Virus record (IMG/VR): IMGVR_UViG_3300042484_002457
Span: 145,544-209,543 of that record
Direction: 5' to 3' (one strand)
DNA length: 64,000 bases
Under the pieces are notes generated by a model. The model worked only from the letters and a program-made list of their open reading frames with translations. It ran no database searches and was not told the origin of the DNA. Positions 27,600 through 37,131 of the stretch are shown piece after piece; the stretch's first letter is position 1; the number at the start of each line of letters is the position of its first letter. The position numbers and the translations under genes are program-made.

Positions 27600-29233
27600 T
27601 GAGCGAACCAATCAGTCAAGATGATCTCACAGCCAAGCAGTTGACCTATGCTGTGTTCCTTCCGGCTATAAGTGGTTTCTATGCTACATTTGTGGGCCGC
27701 CAAAGAAATGAACCGTATGTGGATCCTGCAAGATTTCCACAGGGTCTTAAGGATATGGAACAGCTTAACTGGCTCAACTCTAGCAAGGCCCTGTTTCCTT
27801 ATCGATGGAGCCTCTACTCAGGCGGTCATGCCAACTTGGATCTCTCAAAGCAGGATTGGTCAGAGGACATGGTACGAAGTCGGGAGCCTGGGAATTTTAT
27901 ACTGGGAGACTCGGGCGGCTTTCAGATTGCCAAGGGACTATGGGAAGGTGACTGGAAAGCCAACTCAGGTTGTGCCAAGGCACAGAAAAAACGAGACGGT
28001 GTCCTAAAGTGGTTGGATAACATTGCTGATTACGGCATGATTCTTGATATTCCCACCTGGGTTATTCATGACAAGAAGTCTAGCCAGGCTTGCGGAATTT
28101 CTACCTTGGATCAAGCATTTGAAGCCACCAAGTTCAACAACGAATATTTCATTGCCAATCGCCGAGGCAAAGAAAATGGCGGTGCCAAATTCCTAAACGT
28201 GTTACAAGGTGATAATCATACCTCAGCAGAGATTTGGTATCAAGAGATGAAGAAATTTTGTGATCCTGCTCAATACCCTGGACGTCACTTTGATGGTTGG
28301 GCCATGGGCGGACAGAACATGTGCGATGTACACCTGGTGTTGAAACGCCTGGTGGCATTGCGTTATGATAACTTGCTGCAAGAAGGTGTGCATGATTGGA
28401 TGCACTTTTTGGGAACCAGCAAGCTAGAGTGGGCAGTTCTCTTAACTGTTATTCAACGAGCCGTAAGGAAATATGTCAATCCAGCGTTTACCATCTCTTT
28501 TGATTGCGCCAGCCCATTCCTCGCAACAGCGAACGGACAGGTCTACTATGAAAATGTCTTCCCGCAAGACGGCAAATGGTCGTATCGCATGGCTCCTTCA
28601 GCCGATGACAAAAAATACTCCACTGACACACGAAAGTGGAATACAGGAGTAATTGCTGATGGTATCTATCCGCGTTGGCAAGATAGTCCCATAAGTGATA
28701 TGTTGACCATGAAGGATGTTTGCATCTACAAAGATGGTATACCCAAGGCTGGTGTTACTATTACCGAAGAAAATTTTAAAGATCCTGCGCTATACGATGT
28801 ATTGCCAGATCAAAACAAAAATGGTAAATGGGGCAAAACAAGCTGGGATAGTTTTAGCTATGCCTTGCTCATGGGTCACAATGTGTACATGCACTTGACT
28901 GCTGTGCAAGAAGCCAATCGACGTTTTGATGCAGGAGAGCATCCTGCCATGATGCGTCGAGATGGTGGCAATTATGAGTATTTTGAACACATTGTAGAAG
29001 CCATTTTTGCTGCACCAGATAGGCAAACTGCTGATGCCATAATTGAACAATACAGTTCATACTGGATGCAAATTGTGGGCACACGCGGATTCAAAGGCAA
29101 AAAAGCCATGAATGCACGTACACAGTTCAACGCACTGTTTGATTTAGAAGAAACTGCGGTTGAAGACGAATTGGATGATAGTGTACAATTAGACAACAAC
29201 AAACTTGATCAACTAGAACAGGACCAGCAATGA
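27599..29233 (+). CDS. guanine transglycosylase superfamily protein (TGT/DpdA-like)
   Basis: LGDSGGFQI, MILDIP, LNVLQG, GWAMGG, MHFLG, SFDCAS, MGHNV motifs in TGT order; no CxCxxC zinc site. Confidence 0.8.
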   Translation: MSEPISQDDLTAKQLTYAVFLPAISGFYATFVGRQRNEPYVDPARFPQGLKDMEQLNWLNSSKALFPYRWSLYSGGHANLDLSKQDWSEDMVRSREPGNFILGDSGGFQIAKGLWEGDWKANSGCAKAQKKRDGVLKWLDNIADYGMILDIPTWVIHDKKSSQACGISTLDQAFEATKFNNEYFIANRRGKENGGAKFLNVLQGDNHTSAEIWYQEMKKFCDPAQYPGRHFDGWAMGGQNMCDVHLVLKRLVALRYDNLLQEGVHDWMHFLGTSKLEWAVLLTVIQRAVRKYVNPAFTISFDCASPFLATANGQVYYENVFPQDGKWSYRMAPSADDKKYSTDTRKWNTGVIADGIYPRWQDSPISDMLTMKDVCIYKDGIPKAGVTITEENFKDPALYDVLPDQNKNGKWGKTSWDSFSYALLMGHNVYMHLTAVQEANRRFDAGEHPAMMRRDGGNYEYFEHIVEAIFAAPDRQTADAIIEQYSSYWMQIVGTRGFKGKKAMNARTQFNALFDLEETAVEDELDDSVQLDNNKLDQLEQDQQ

Positions 29234-29757
29234 ATCGAGAAGGTCATGACAACGTCAACTTTTTTGTGGGAACAGAAGTTGAGCGTACACCAGCATTTGG
29301 AAAGCGCACACTATTTGTGGTAGGAGTGCAACCGGTTGCAGAAATTCAAGACTGGCTGGATGACTTAAACAGCTACGAAGATCAATCCAAGCACGTCAAG
29401 CATATCTTCTTTGGTGCCAATCACAGTTTTTGCCCAGACAACAACTCAGAATGGGCACAATGGGAAGGCATGATTGGGCACTTTCTTAAAAAAGGTCACA
29501 TGTGCAGTCTTGATATTCCTGTCAAGTGTGTGGAAGAATTTAACGATTCGGGCTTGTGCGAGTATCGTAACTTTGTTCCGCAGATTCGAGTAAGCATTCC
29601 GTATGTGCGGCTATGGAACTACAACACCATGATCAAGATTGACGACAACAATTTTGATGCAACCAACCCAGGAGTGTGGACTCACAGTTTGCACAGCCTG
29701 ATGTCAAGACGAACATTCACTGACTGGGATCAGTACAACGAGGACAAACCTGTATGA
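29230..29757 (+). CDS. hypothetical protein coupled to the TGT-like gene
   Basis: 175 aa, ATGA overlaps on both sides. Confidence 0.75.
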   Translation: MNREGHDNVNFFVGTEVERTPAFGKRTLFVVGVQPVAEIQDWLDDLNSYEDQSKHVKHIFFGANHSFCPDNNSEWAQWEGMIGHFLKKGHMCSLDIPVKCVEEFNDSGLCEYRNFVPQIRVSIPYVRLWNYNTMIKIDDNNFDATNPGVWTHSLHSLMSRRTFTDWDQYNEDKPV

Positions 29758-30182
29758 ATCAACAACAAAGAGAAACCGTGGAAAGAATTAAAAGTGCAGC
29801 AAAACGACAAATCTGGGTCACCTTTCAACGTGCCGGATTTCATCGTTATCCAGCAGCTAGCGAAGATCCAAAATTAAGTGACGTAAGCTATCTTGGATCT
29901 CGGCATAGACACCTGTTTAAATTTAAGGTAGAGATTGAAATTTTTCATAACGATCGTGAGTTAGAATTCCATCAGGTCCTAAATTATTGCGAATCTCTTT
30001 ACAAAGACACCCATCTCGAAATAGATTACAAAAGTGTTGAAATGCTTGCAGATGATCTGTATCTACAATTAGCCAGTAGATATCCAGGAAGATTCATGTC
30101 CATTGAAGTAAGTGAAGACGGCGAGTGCGGATGTAGGATTGAATACAAAACTCAACAACCAAATTTGATGGTCAAGATTTAA
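29754..30182 (+). CDS. T-fold QueD/PTPS-like protein (divergent)
   Basis: GFHRYP, HRHLF, KSVEMLADDL, EVSEDGECG pattern. Confidence 0.55.
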   Translation: MNQQQRETVERIKSAAKRQIWVTFQRAGFHRYPAASEDPKLSDVSYLGSRHRHLFKFKVEIEIFHNDRELEFHQVLNYCESLYKDTHLEIDYKSVEMLADDLYLQLASRYPGRFMSIEVSEDGECGCRIEYKTQQPNLMVKI

Positions 30183-30225
30183 GATTGATATGGAATATAT
30201 GCTAAATATCCGTAGAGGAAATGCT

Positions 30226-30942
30226 ATGAAATATTATGTGTATATACTATCTGACCCAAGAAACAACGTTCCTTTTTATATAGGTAAGGGCAAAGGCAAA
30301 AGATCTATGTCCCACCTTAAGGAAACAAAAGAAACTACAATCAACATTAGAAAATATAATAAGATACAATCAATTTTCAGTGAAGGTCTGACACCCTTGA
30401 TTTCTTACTATGCCACTGACTTGTCTGAGCAAGATGCTTATGAATTAGAAGCTTCTCTTATTAAACAATACGGACGCAAAGATTACGATGCTAACGGAAT
30501 CTTACTTAACATTTGTGAAAACAATCGCCCTCCTGGGCACGATAATTTTTTAACCAACAACCCTGGATTGAGGATGAAAGGGAAAACGTATGAGGAGATC
30601 TACGGTGAAGAAAAAGCCAAACAGTTAAAACTTCAAAGAACATTATCTTCTTCTGTAAGAGAAGTTACACAAGAGACTAAAGACAGAATGAAAGAATCTG
30701 CCCTTGTCAAGATGGCTAATGGATACAAAATGCCGTCAAGAAAAGGAAAGAGAGATTCTGAAGAGACACGTTTGAAAAAATCTTTGGCACACAGAGGCAA
30801 AATTAAGCCGTCGATGAGCGAAGAGACAAAGAAAAAAATTTCAGACACAAAGCGAAAAAATAGTAAAAAATTTTTAAACATTCAATATTTAAGGAAGTAC
30901 CATGGCCAAGCCTACATTCAAACCCAACCAGCGCCTGACTGA
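30226..30942 (+). CDS. GIY-YIG homing endonuclease with NUMOD3-like basic C-terminus
   Basis: YYVYILSDPRNNVPFYIGKGKGKR..H, E..LI..YGR, LLN; own TAAATA promoter 30203-30208. Confidence 0.85.
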   Translation: MKYYVYILSDPRNNVPFYIGKGKGKRSMSHLKETKETTINIRKYNKIQSIFSEGLTPLISYYATDLSEQDAYELEASLIKQYGRKDYDANGILLNICENNRPPGHDNFLTNNPGLRMKGKTYEEIYGEEKAKQLKLQRTLSSSVREVTQETKDRMKESALVKMANGYKMPSRKGKRDSEETRLKKSLAHRGKIKPSMSEETKKKISDTKRKNSKKFLNIQYLRKYHGQAYIQTQPAPD

Positions 30943-31129
30943 GATCTTTGAAGATCTTGAAGTGTTCTTGGAATTCTGCCAAGACTTTGGGTATCGTTAC
31001 AACGAGAGCGATCTCTACAACTTCAAGAGCTATGCTTGGCAACAGTTTACCAAGCATAGCACCGGCAAGAACGCCAAGAACATGTGGAGTGAAGACGCTC
31101 GACGCTTTGCAGGATACCGTCCAGCATGA
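30902..31129 (+). CDS. hypothetical protein
   Basis: 75 aa, SD AAGGAAG, overlaps endonuclease 3' end. Confidence 0.7.
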   Translation: MAKPTFKPNQRLTEIFEDLEVFLEFCQDFGYRYNESDLYNFKSYAWQQFTKHSTGKNAKNMWSEDARRFAGYRPA

Positions 31130-31380
31130 GCGCCGCTCGAGAGAAAGACCAAGCGGACTTTGATCTCGAGCGATTCGTTGACATGTTCGACGAGGCCCTG
31201 ACCAGTCAGGATCCGCGAGTGATTGAAACGCTACGCAATCTCTTGATGATGGTAACACTAACACGACCGGAAACTCGCGAGGAACACGGTCGTAGGTCTG
31301 GACCGCTGAGAAGATTGTTTGAGGACGTGAACGATCTAAATAGAAGCATGAGTCGCATGCAGGAAGAAGTTTTACTATAA
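31126..31380 (+). CDS. hypothetical protein
   Basis: 84 aa, ATGA-coupled. Confidence 0.65.
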   Translation: MSAAREKDQADFDLERFVDMFDEALTSQDPRVIETLRNLLMMVTLTRPETREEHGRRSGPLRRLFEDVNDLNRSMSRMQEEVLL

Positions 31381-31398
31381 TCAAACAAAGGAAGTTTT

Positions 31399-32613
31399 AT
31401 GCGAAAGTTAATTTATATGGGACTCGAACAACTGGAGTCAAGATACACACTACAGCTAACTGAGTGGAATCGACGGGTATTTGATCGTCGAGGGCTCGAT
31501 GTTGTCTATGTCCCTGGGCTAAACATTGATAATACTAAACAGATTTCTGTTGGACAAGTTTTAGATGCTCATGGTCGAAGTTATTTTTCTATGAGCCAGA
31601 TGATGAACTTAGTTCAGATGATGCGTAATGGAGAAATTACAAACGAAGATGTAGTGTATTTCGAGGACATGTTTACTCCTGGCTTCGAAAGTCTTGGTTA
31701 CATCATGAATCAGATTCCCCGCGAGCAGTGCCCACGCATCTATGTTCGCTGTCTAGCACAAGCTATTGATCCTGATGACTTTGTGCATGTTTGGGGCATG
31801 GCTCGATGGATGAACTTGTATGAACAAATGGTCAATGAGATGGTGGTTTTCTCGGGGGGTGCAGTATTGGCAACCAATGAGGAAATGGTCGCGCACATGC
31901 GCATCGCTGGATGGACTGCTCCAATCTACAACATTTCTGGGTTGGCATTTGGAAAAACAGAAGTACTGGAGCGGATCGGTGGGAAAGAAAACATCCGGCC
32001 GTTTGATTCGCGTCCGCGGAGGGTGGGTTTCGCAGCTAGGTTCGACCAAGAGAAACAGCCTGGTTTTTTCATGGACCTTATTGAAATGTACGGTGAGCTC
32101 ACCAATGAACCATGTGAGTTTGCAATTTTCAGTGGGGGGCCACTCAGGTCTAATAATCCAGAGTACGTGGAGAGAGCCCGCCGCATGGAATCCAAAGGCA
32201 AACTCCAGATTTACGAAAATCTAAACAAGAATCAGTATTATGATTTACTTAACAATACTCGTGTTCTCTTTAATTGTGCTCTTCAAGACTGGGTATCTAA
32301 CACTGTATCCGAAGCCGACACTGTGGGGTGCAATGTTCTTTACCCTGCATATCGTAGCTTTCCTGAAACTTTTGCAAATGATCCTAACCGACTATATGTT
32401 CCTTGGAGCATAGATGACGCTTATCATAAGATACAAAATTTATTGCGAGAACCGCATCACAACATGGGTCTCATCTCGGATTGGAACAACGCCACTATTG
32501 ACCGTATTGTTGATATTATTACTGGTCGAGGTGAGCAATGGAATCGGGCGGGCAATCGATATCGTGACCACGTTGCTCACGAAAAATATCAAGTTGTAAA
32601 GATTGAGGAATGA
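31399..32613 (+). CDS. GT-B (GT4-like) glycosyltransferase
   Basis: GFAARFDQEKQP, RVLFNCALQDWVSNTVSEA..GCNVLYP (ExF/E-x7-E-like) C-terminal GT-B domain. Confidence 0.7.
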   Translation: MRKLIYMGLEQLESRYTLQLTEWNRRVFDRRGLDVVYVPGLNIDNTKQISVGQVLDAHGRSYFSMSQMMNLVQMMRNGEITNEDVVYFEDMFTPGFESLGYIMNQIPREQCPRIYVRCLAQAIDPDDFVHVWGMARWMNLYEQMVNEMVVFSGGAVLATNEEMVAHMRIAGWTAPIYNISGLAFGKTEVLERIGGKENIRPFDSRPRRVGFAARFDQEKQPGFFMDLIEMYGELTNEPCEFAIFSGGPLRSNNPEYVERARRMESKGKLQIYENLNKNQYYDLLNNTRVLFNCALQDWVSNTVSEADTVGCNVLYPAYRSFPETFANDPNRLYVPWSIDDAYHKIQNLLREPHHNMGLISDWNNATIDRIVDIITGRGEQWNRAGNRYRDHVAHEKYQVVKIEE

Positions 32614-33554
32614 GCACCGTAGTTGTAACAGGAGCTTCTGGATATATTGGAGGGCAATGTGCTCTCCAATTGCACGATGCTGGCCACCAGGTGGTTGGCA
32701 TTGATCGCAGGCCGCTGCCTTTGCAGTTGAAGGGCATGATACAGTTTGTGCAGGCTGACTTTGACAGTGACGAGTCGTTTAGAAAAATCATTGAGCTAAG
32801 ACCCAGTGCCATAATTCACTGTGCCGGTACTAGTCTTGTGGGACCAAGCATCCGGCATCCATCAGACTACTACAACAACAACGTGGTCAAGACCTTGCAC
32901 CTGTTGGGTATAATTGTGTCAGCTGTGCCCCGGACTAGATTTATTTTTAGTAGCAGTGCAGCCACATACGGAGTTCCCGCAGCCAGCTTGCCCTGCCAAG
33001 AAACTGATGCGCTAAAGCCTATCAGTCCATACGGTGAAAGCAAGCAGATGGTAGAACAAATCCTTAAATCATACCATCGTGCTTACAATTTAGACTATGT
33101 GGCATTTCGTTATTTCAATGCTTGCGGGGCTGATCCACAACAACGACATGGGCAAGAGCCTGGTGCCACACACATTATTGCTCGTGTGCTAGAAAGCATT
33201 AGAGACCAACAGGAGTTTACGTTGTATGGTAACGATTACGATACACGAGACGGGACTTGTGTTCGCGACTATGTTCATGTTGGTGATATTGCGCAGGCAC
33301 ATGTTGCAGCCCTGTCTAATAAAATTCCTGCGGGCATCTACAATCTCGGATCTAGCACTGGAACCAGCAACCAAGAAATAATTGCTGCGGCTGAACGTAT
33401 CACTGGGCAAAAGGTCCAGCTGCATCACAGTGCTAGGCGCGAGGGTGATCCTGACGTGTTAGTAGCTGATGCTGCTCGGTTTAATCAGCTGGTACACTGG
33501 CAACGTTTTGATCTAGATCACATGATTCAACATGCATGGAACTGGTATGTTTGA
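32610..33554 (+). CDS. galE: UDP-glucose 4-epimerase-like extended SDR
   Basis: VTGASGYIGG, HCAG, SSSAATYG, YGESK, RYFNACGAD, RDYVHV, RREGD. Confidence 0.85.
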   Translation: MSTVVVTGASGYIGGQCALQLHDAGHQVVGIDRRPLPLQLKGMIQFVQADFDSDESFRKIIELRPSAIIHCAGTSLVGPSIRHPSDYYNNNVVKTLHLLGIIVSAVPRTRFIFSSSAATYGVPAASLPCQETDALKPISPYGESKQMVEQILKSYHRAYNLDYVAFRYFNACGADPQQRHGQEPGATHIIARVLESIRDQQEFTLYGNDYDTRDGTCVRDYVHVGDIAQAHVAALSNKIPAGIYNLGSSTGTSNQEIIAAAERITGQKVQLHHSARREGDPDVLVADAARFNQLVHWQRFDLDHMIQHAWNWYV

Positions 33555-34134
33555 TAAAATTTTAAAATTTGAACAAGAGCTAGCAGAGTTTACAGGTGCG
33601 CCCTATGCCATCATGACTGACTGCTGCACTCATGCCATAGAATTGTGCCTGCGTCATGAACGAGTGCAAGAAGTTGTAATGACTCCTTACACCTACTTGA
33701 GCATTCCTATGACCATGCACAAGTTGGACATTCGTTACTACTATCGAGAAGAAGAGTGGACTGGAGAATATCAGTTTCATGGCACACGCATCTGGGATTC
33801 AGCACGTAGACTGGAACCCAACATGTATCGAACTGGACAAATGCAATGCTTGAGTTTTGGGCATGACAAGCCTTTACACATAGGCCGTGGTGGTGCTATA
33901 CTACTAGATAACGAGTCAGCATATCGTCGACTAATTCGTATGAGGTACGATGGTCGCGATCTAAATATATCGCCCTGGGCAACACAAAAGGAATTTGAGG
34001 TTGGATATCATTACAAGCCCACTCCCGAAGAAGCTGTGCAAGGACTTGCACAGCTGGAAGGTTTGCGTGAGTTTTGTGCTCCTCCGCGAGCAGTTGTGTA
34101 TCCAGATTTAAGAACCATCACTATCAAGAACTAA
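33547..34134 (+). CDS. DegT/DnrJ-family PLP aminotransferase-like protein, short
   Basis: FEQELAEFTGAPYAI, CTHAIELCL, WDSA, LSFGHDKPLHIGRGGAIL; only 195 aa. Confidence 0.7.
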   Translation: MFDKILKFEQELAEFTGAPYAIMTDCCTHAIELCLRHERVQEVVMTPYTYLSIPMTMHKLDIRYYYREEEWTGEYQFHGTRIWDSARRLEPNMYRTGQMQCLSFGHDKPLHIGRGGAILLDNESAYRRLIRMRYDGRDLNISPWATQKEFEVGYHYKPTPEEAVQGLAQLEGLREFCAPPRAVVYPDLRTITIKN

Positions 34135-34135
34135 T

Positions 34136-34837
34136 ATGACAGATACAAGCAAACACCTATCACAAGCAATCCGCGAGCGTATGAAATCCGACGGCAAGAG
34201 ATTCTGGGCCGGGGACAACATTAGTGAATACATCAAACCAGAAGAACGCAGACTGCTAATCGACGAGGCTGCAGAAGCATTTGAAGTAGTACTGGACCGA
34301 CTACTGATTGATCGAGAAACAGATCCCAACTCAAAGGGCACAGCCCGTAGGTTGGCCAAAATGTACTACAATGAAATAATGGCAGGTAGATATGAACAAG
34401 CACCAGATGCAACAGCATTTCCAAACGATTCGCAGGACCGCTACGAAGGTATGCTCGTGGTTCGCAGTGAACTTCGTAGTATGTGTAGTCATCATCACCA
34501 ACCCGTTGCTGGGGTTGCTTATATTGGCATTATTGCGGCAGAGAAATTAATTGGCCTCAGCAAGTACACCCGAATCGCACAGTGGTGCGCCCGCCGTGGT
34601 ACACTACAAGAAGAACTATGTAATGACATTGCTCGCGAGATTAGCAAGGCTACTGAATCAGAAAACGTAGCAGTATATGTGCAGGCAATTCATGGTTGTT
34701 GTGAGAATCGTGGTATTATGGCTCACAGTAGTCTTACACAGACCACAGTTCTTAGAGGCGCTTTCAAAGAAGATCAAAGTGTCAAGAAAGAGTTCTTTGA
34801 CAACATCAAGTTGCAGCAGGACTTTGCACCACGTTAA
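34136..34837 (+). CDS. folE: GTP cyclohydrolase I
   Basis: TARRLAKM, SMCSHHHQP, GLSKYTR, QEEL, HGCCENRG. Confidence 0.95.
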   Translation: MTDTSKHLSQAIRERMKSDGKRFWAGDNISEYIKPEERRLLIDEAAEAFEVVLDRLLIDRETDPNSKGTARRLAKMYYNEIMAGRYEQAPDATAFPNDSQDRYEGMLVVRSELRSMCSHHHQPVAGVAYIGIIAAEKLIGLSKYTRIAQWCARRGTLQEELCNDIAREISKATESENVAVYVQAIHGCCENRGIMAHSSLTQTTVLRGAFKEDQSVKKEFFDNIKLQQDFAPR

Positions 34838-34879
34838 ATTTATCTAACTAAATATAATTTCAATCAAGATGATACACTA

Positions 34880-35698
34880 ATGTTTTTAGCGTTAGAACAA
34901 GATTTACCCAACAATAAAATTATTCCATTGCCCCAGTTTAACAATCAAGTCAGCATTGTTAACACTGAGCAATACCGCCTTATATCCAACATTTGTCCGC
35001 ATCAGAACTCCAAAATTGCAAAATCTGCTACGGAGCATTTGCGCTGCCCTTATCATGGCATGACATTTGACTGTCAGGGCAAAGGTACCAACAACAACTA
35101 TGAATTGAAAACATGGGACACCTATCGAACACAGACCATGTTGTTTGATAAGCCTGTTGACCATTTTCCAATTGCAACGCATAACATGACCTTGGTTGAA
35201 CATCGACAAGATTATGTGAATGCATCAACGCACGTTATCATGGATGTGTTTCTTGATATTGATCATATACCTGTTGCGCATCAAGGTGTATATGACCAGG
35301 TGGGTATTCATAGCGTGGACAATGTATCGTGGACCATATTTGAGAATGGAAGCATACAATATGTACCAGCACAAGATACTGATCACATACTTGAGTCAGA
35401 CAAGATCTACAATCTTGGTGCAGTATGGATGGCTGTTTATCCCGGTAGCATGATTGAGTGGCAGCCTGGTGCATTGTTTGTAACCGTTGCATGCAAACGC
35501 GGTTTGGGCAGTGCTGTACAAGTCTACAAGTATCGGGATACCAGGTACGATCAGAACAGTTGGGATCTTAATGAACAAGTATGGGAACTGGCTTGGTCAC
35601 AAGATCGAGCACTGGCAGAAGGTATCTGCTTGCTGGCAGAAAACAACCTAGACGATTTAAAAAAACATTACAGAAACTGGATCAATCATGCTGTGTAA
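34880..35698 (+). CDS. Rieske [2Fe-2S] non-heme iron oxygenase-like protein
   Basis: NICPHQ and RCPYHGMTFD Rieske motifs; DVFLDIDHIPVAH mononuclear iron motif; TAAATA promoter upstream. Confidence 0.8.
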   Translation: MFLALEQDLPNNKIIPLPQFNNQVSIVNTEQYRLISNICPHQNSKIAKSATEHLRCPYHGMTFDCQGKGTNNNYELKTWDTYRTQTMLFDKPVDHFPIATHNMTLVEHRQDYVNASTHVIMDVFLDIDHIPVAHQGVYDQVGIHSVDNVSWTIFENGSIQYVPAQDTDHILESDKIYNLGAVWMAVYPGSMIEWQPGALFVTVACKRGLGSAVQVYKYRDTRYDQNSWDLNEQVWELAWSQDRALAEGICLLAENNLDDLKKHYRNWINHAV

Positions 35699-36551
35699 AG
35701 ATAACTGGATTGAGATGTCCTGGGACGGATTGCCTGCTAGACAAGGTCCTGAGAACCTGTCAGTCAATATCAATCGCAAGGCCAAAGAGCTTTTGCCCTT
35801 TGACACTGCTTGCAGTCGCGTAGCAGAAGAAATATATAGCACACATAAAAATTTATACATTGCCATGAGTGGCGGCAGTGACAGTGAAAACGTTGCCAAC
35901 ACGTTTTTACGCATGGGTATTCCGTTTACCCCAATCATGATAACATACGATGTAACTCGCCACAATGATCAAAAATTAGAAATGTGGTGGGCGCAACAAT
36001 GGTGCAAAAAACACAACATAGAACCTCTTGTAGTTGATGTGGGTAATTATGCCAACAGTAAAACAGAAAAACAATATACTTCAATTGTTAAACCGCGACT
36101 TGGCAATGGCACAGTAACTCATGGACTAATCTTAGACACTGTACAACAACTAAACGGGCATATAGTATCTGGTTTCCAACTTGAATACTATCCTGACCAC
36201 GAACAGATGGAATACCTAACACCAGTGCTGGGAAACTACAATGGCTTTGTAATGGAAGAAGCTGACCTCTATGTAGAAACCTTGGTGCCAAATCAACATC
36301 CCTGGGCGTTTTATTATTGGAACGCCGAAGTCATGGCCAGTTTTGTGTCAGAGTGGGATACTAATCTTACTATGCAGGAAAACAAAGCCAAAATTTACGG
36401 CACTGTGCATAGACCAAAATTTGTTTACCATCAAGATGTGTTTGAACCAACCATTAAAAAAATTCGAGACCGATGTAAACAGCATTGGGGAACCAGAGAT
36501 TGTGCATTGTTGGGCTCTAGAGAACAACTACTTGCACAATTACTTGGGTAA
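35688..36551 (+). CDS. PP-loop (N-type ATP pyrophosphatase) family protein
   Basis: IAMSGGSDSENVA; lacks QueC C-terminal zinc cysteines. Confidence 0.65.
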   Translation: MLCKDNWIEMSWDGLPARQGPENLSVNINRKAKELLPFDTACSRVAEEIYSTHKNLYIAMSGGSDSENVANTFLRMGIPFTPIMITYDVTRHNDQKLEMWWAQQWCKKHNIEPLVVDVGNYANSKTEKQYTSIVKPRLGNGTVTHGLILDTVQQLNGHIVSGFQLEYYPDHEQMEYLTPVLGNYNGFVMEEADLYVETLVPNQHPWAFYYWNAEVMASFVSEWDTNLTMQENKAKIYGTVHRPKFVYHQDVFEPTIKKIRDRCKQHWGTRDCALLGSREQLLAQLLG

Positions 36552-36563
36552 ATAGTTCTTTAC

Positions 36564-36626
36564 AGCGGTCTTCGGTCATCATCCCGCTATACAAACTCTG
36601 CTGCCTATGCTACAATAACATAGGAG
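36564..36626 (+). promoter_or_regulatory. candidate preQ1-I-like riboswitch plus SD-sequestering hairpin upstream of queD
   Basis: AGCGG/CCGCT stem, loop ending in C, tail ATACAAACT; CCTATG/CATAGG hairpin covers AGGAG. Confidence 0.4.
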
Positions 36627-36632
36627 AATAAC

Positions 36633-37130
36633 ATGCAACCAGTAGTTTACAAATACACAAGTACTAAAGAATATCACGATGCGTTTCCGTGTGCTTATCG
36701 ACAATGGCGGGCCGACAGCCATTGCAATCTAATTCACGGATACAGCTTCTCAATGAAGTTCTATTTTGGCACCAACGATCTTGATGTTCGCAATTGGGCA
36801 GCTGATTACGGTGGCCTCAAGGAACTAAAGAAAATATTAGAAGACCAATTTGATCATACACTGATCGTGGCACAAGATGACCCTGAACTAGAAACCTTCA
36901 AGCTTTTACAAGAGCGCAAGATGGCCAAGATTGTTGTGTTGCCAAAGCTGGGCTGCGAAGGACTGGCTGACCAACTGTACAAGTTTGTGAACGGCATCTA
37001 TATTCCTGAAAACTGGGGACCTGGAGAAGCCGAACGCTTGTGGTGCTATCGTGTGGAAGTTCGCGAAACACAGGCAAACATGGCTTTCCGTGAAGGCCAC
37101 CGTGAATGGAACGAAGATTTATTTGCCTAA
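36633..37130 (+). CDS. queD: 6-carboxy-5,6,7,8-tetrahydropterin synthase
   Basis: FPCAYRQW...HCNLIHGYS, DYGGLK, FDHT, GCEGLA, VEVRET. Confidence 0.85.
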   Translation: MQPVVYKYTSTKEYHDAFPCAYRQWRADSHCNLIHGYSFSMKFYFGTNDLDVRNWAADYGGLKELKKILEDQFDHTLIVAQDDPELETFKLLQERKMAKIVVLPKLGCEGLADQLYKFVNGIYIPENWGPGEAERLWCYRVEVRETQANMAFREGHREWNEDLFA

Positions 37131-37131
37131 T

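Noticed and set aside
35688-36551. Annotating this gene as queC
   Set aside because: Shares only the SGGxDS loop; lacks the QueC zinc-binding cysteines and typical spacing
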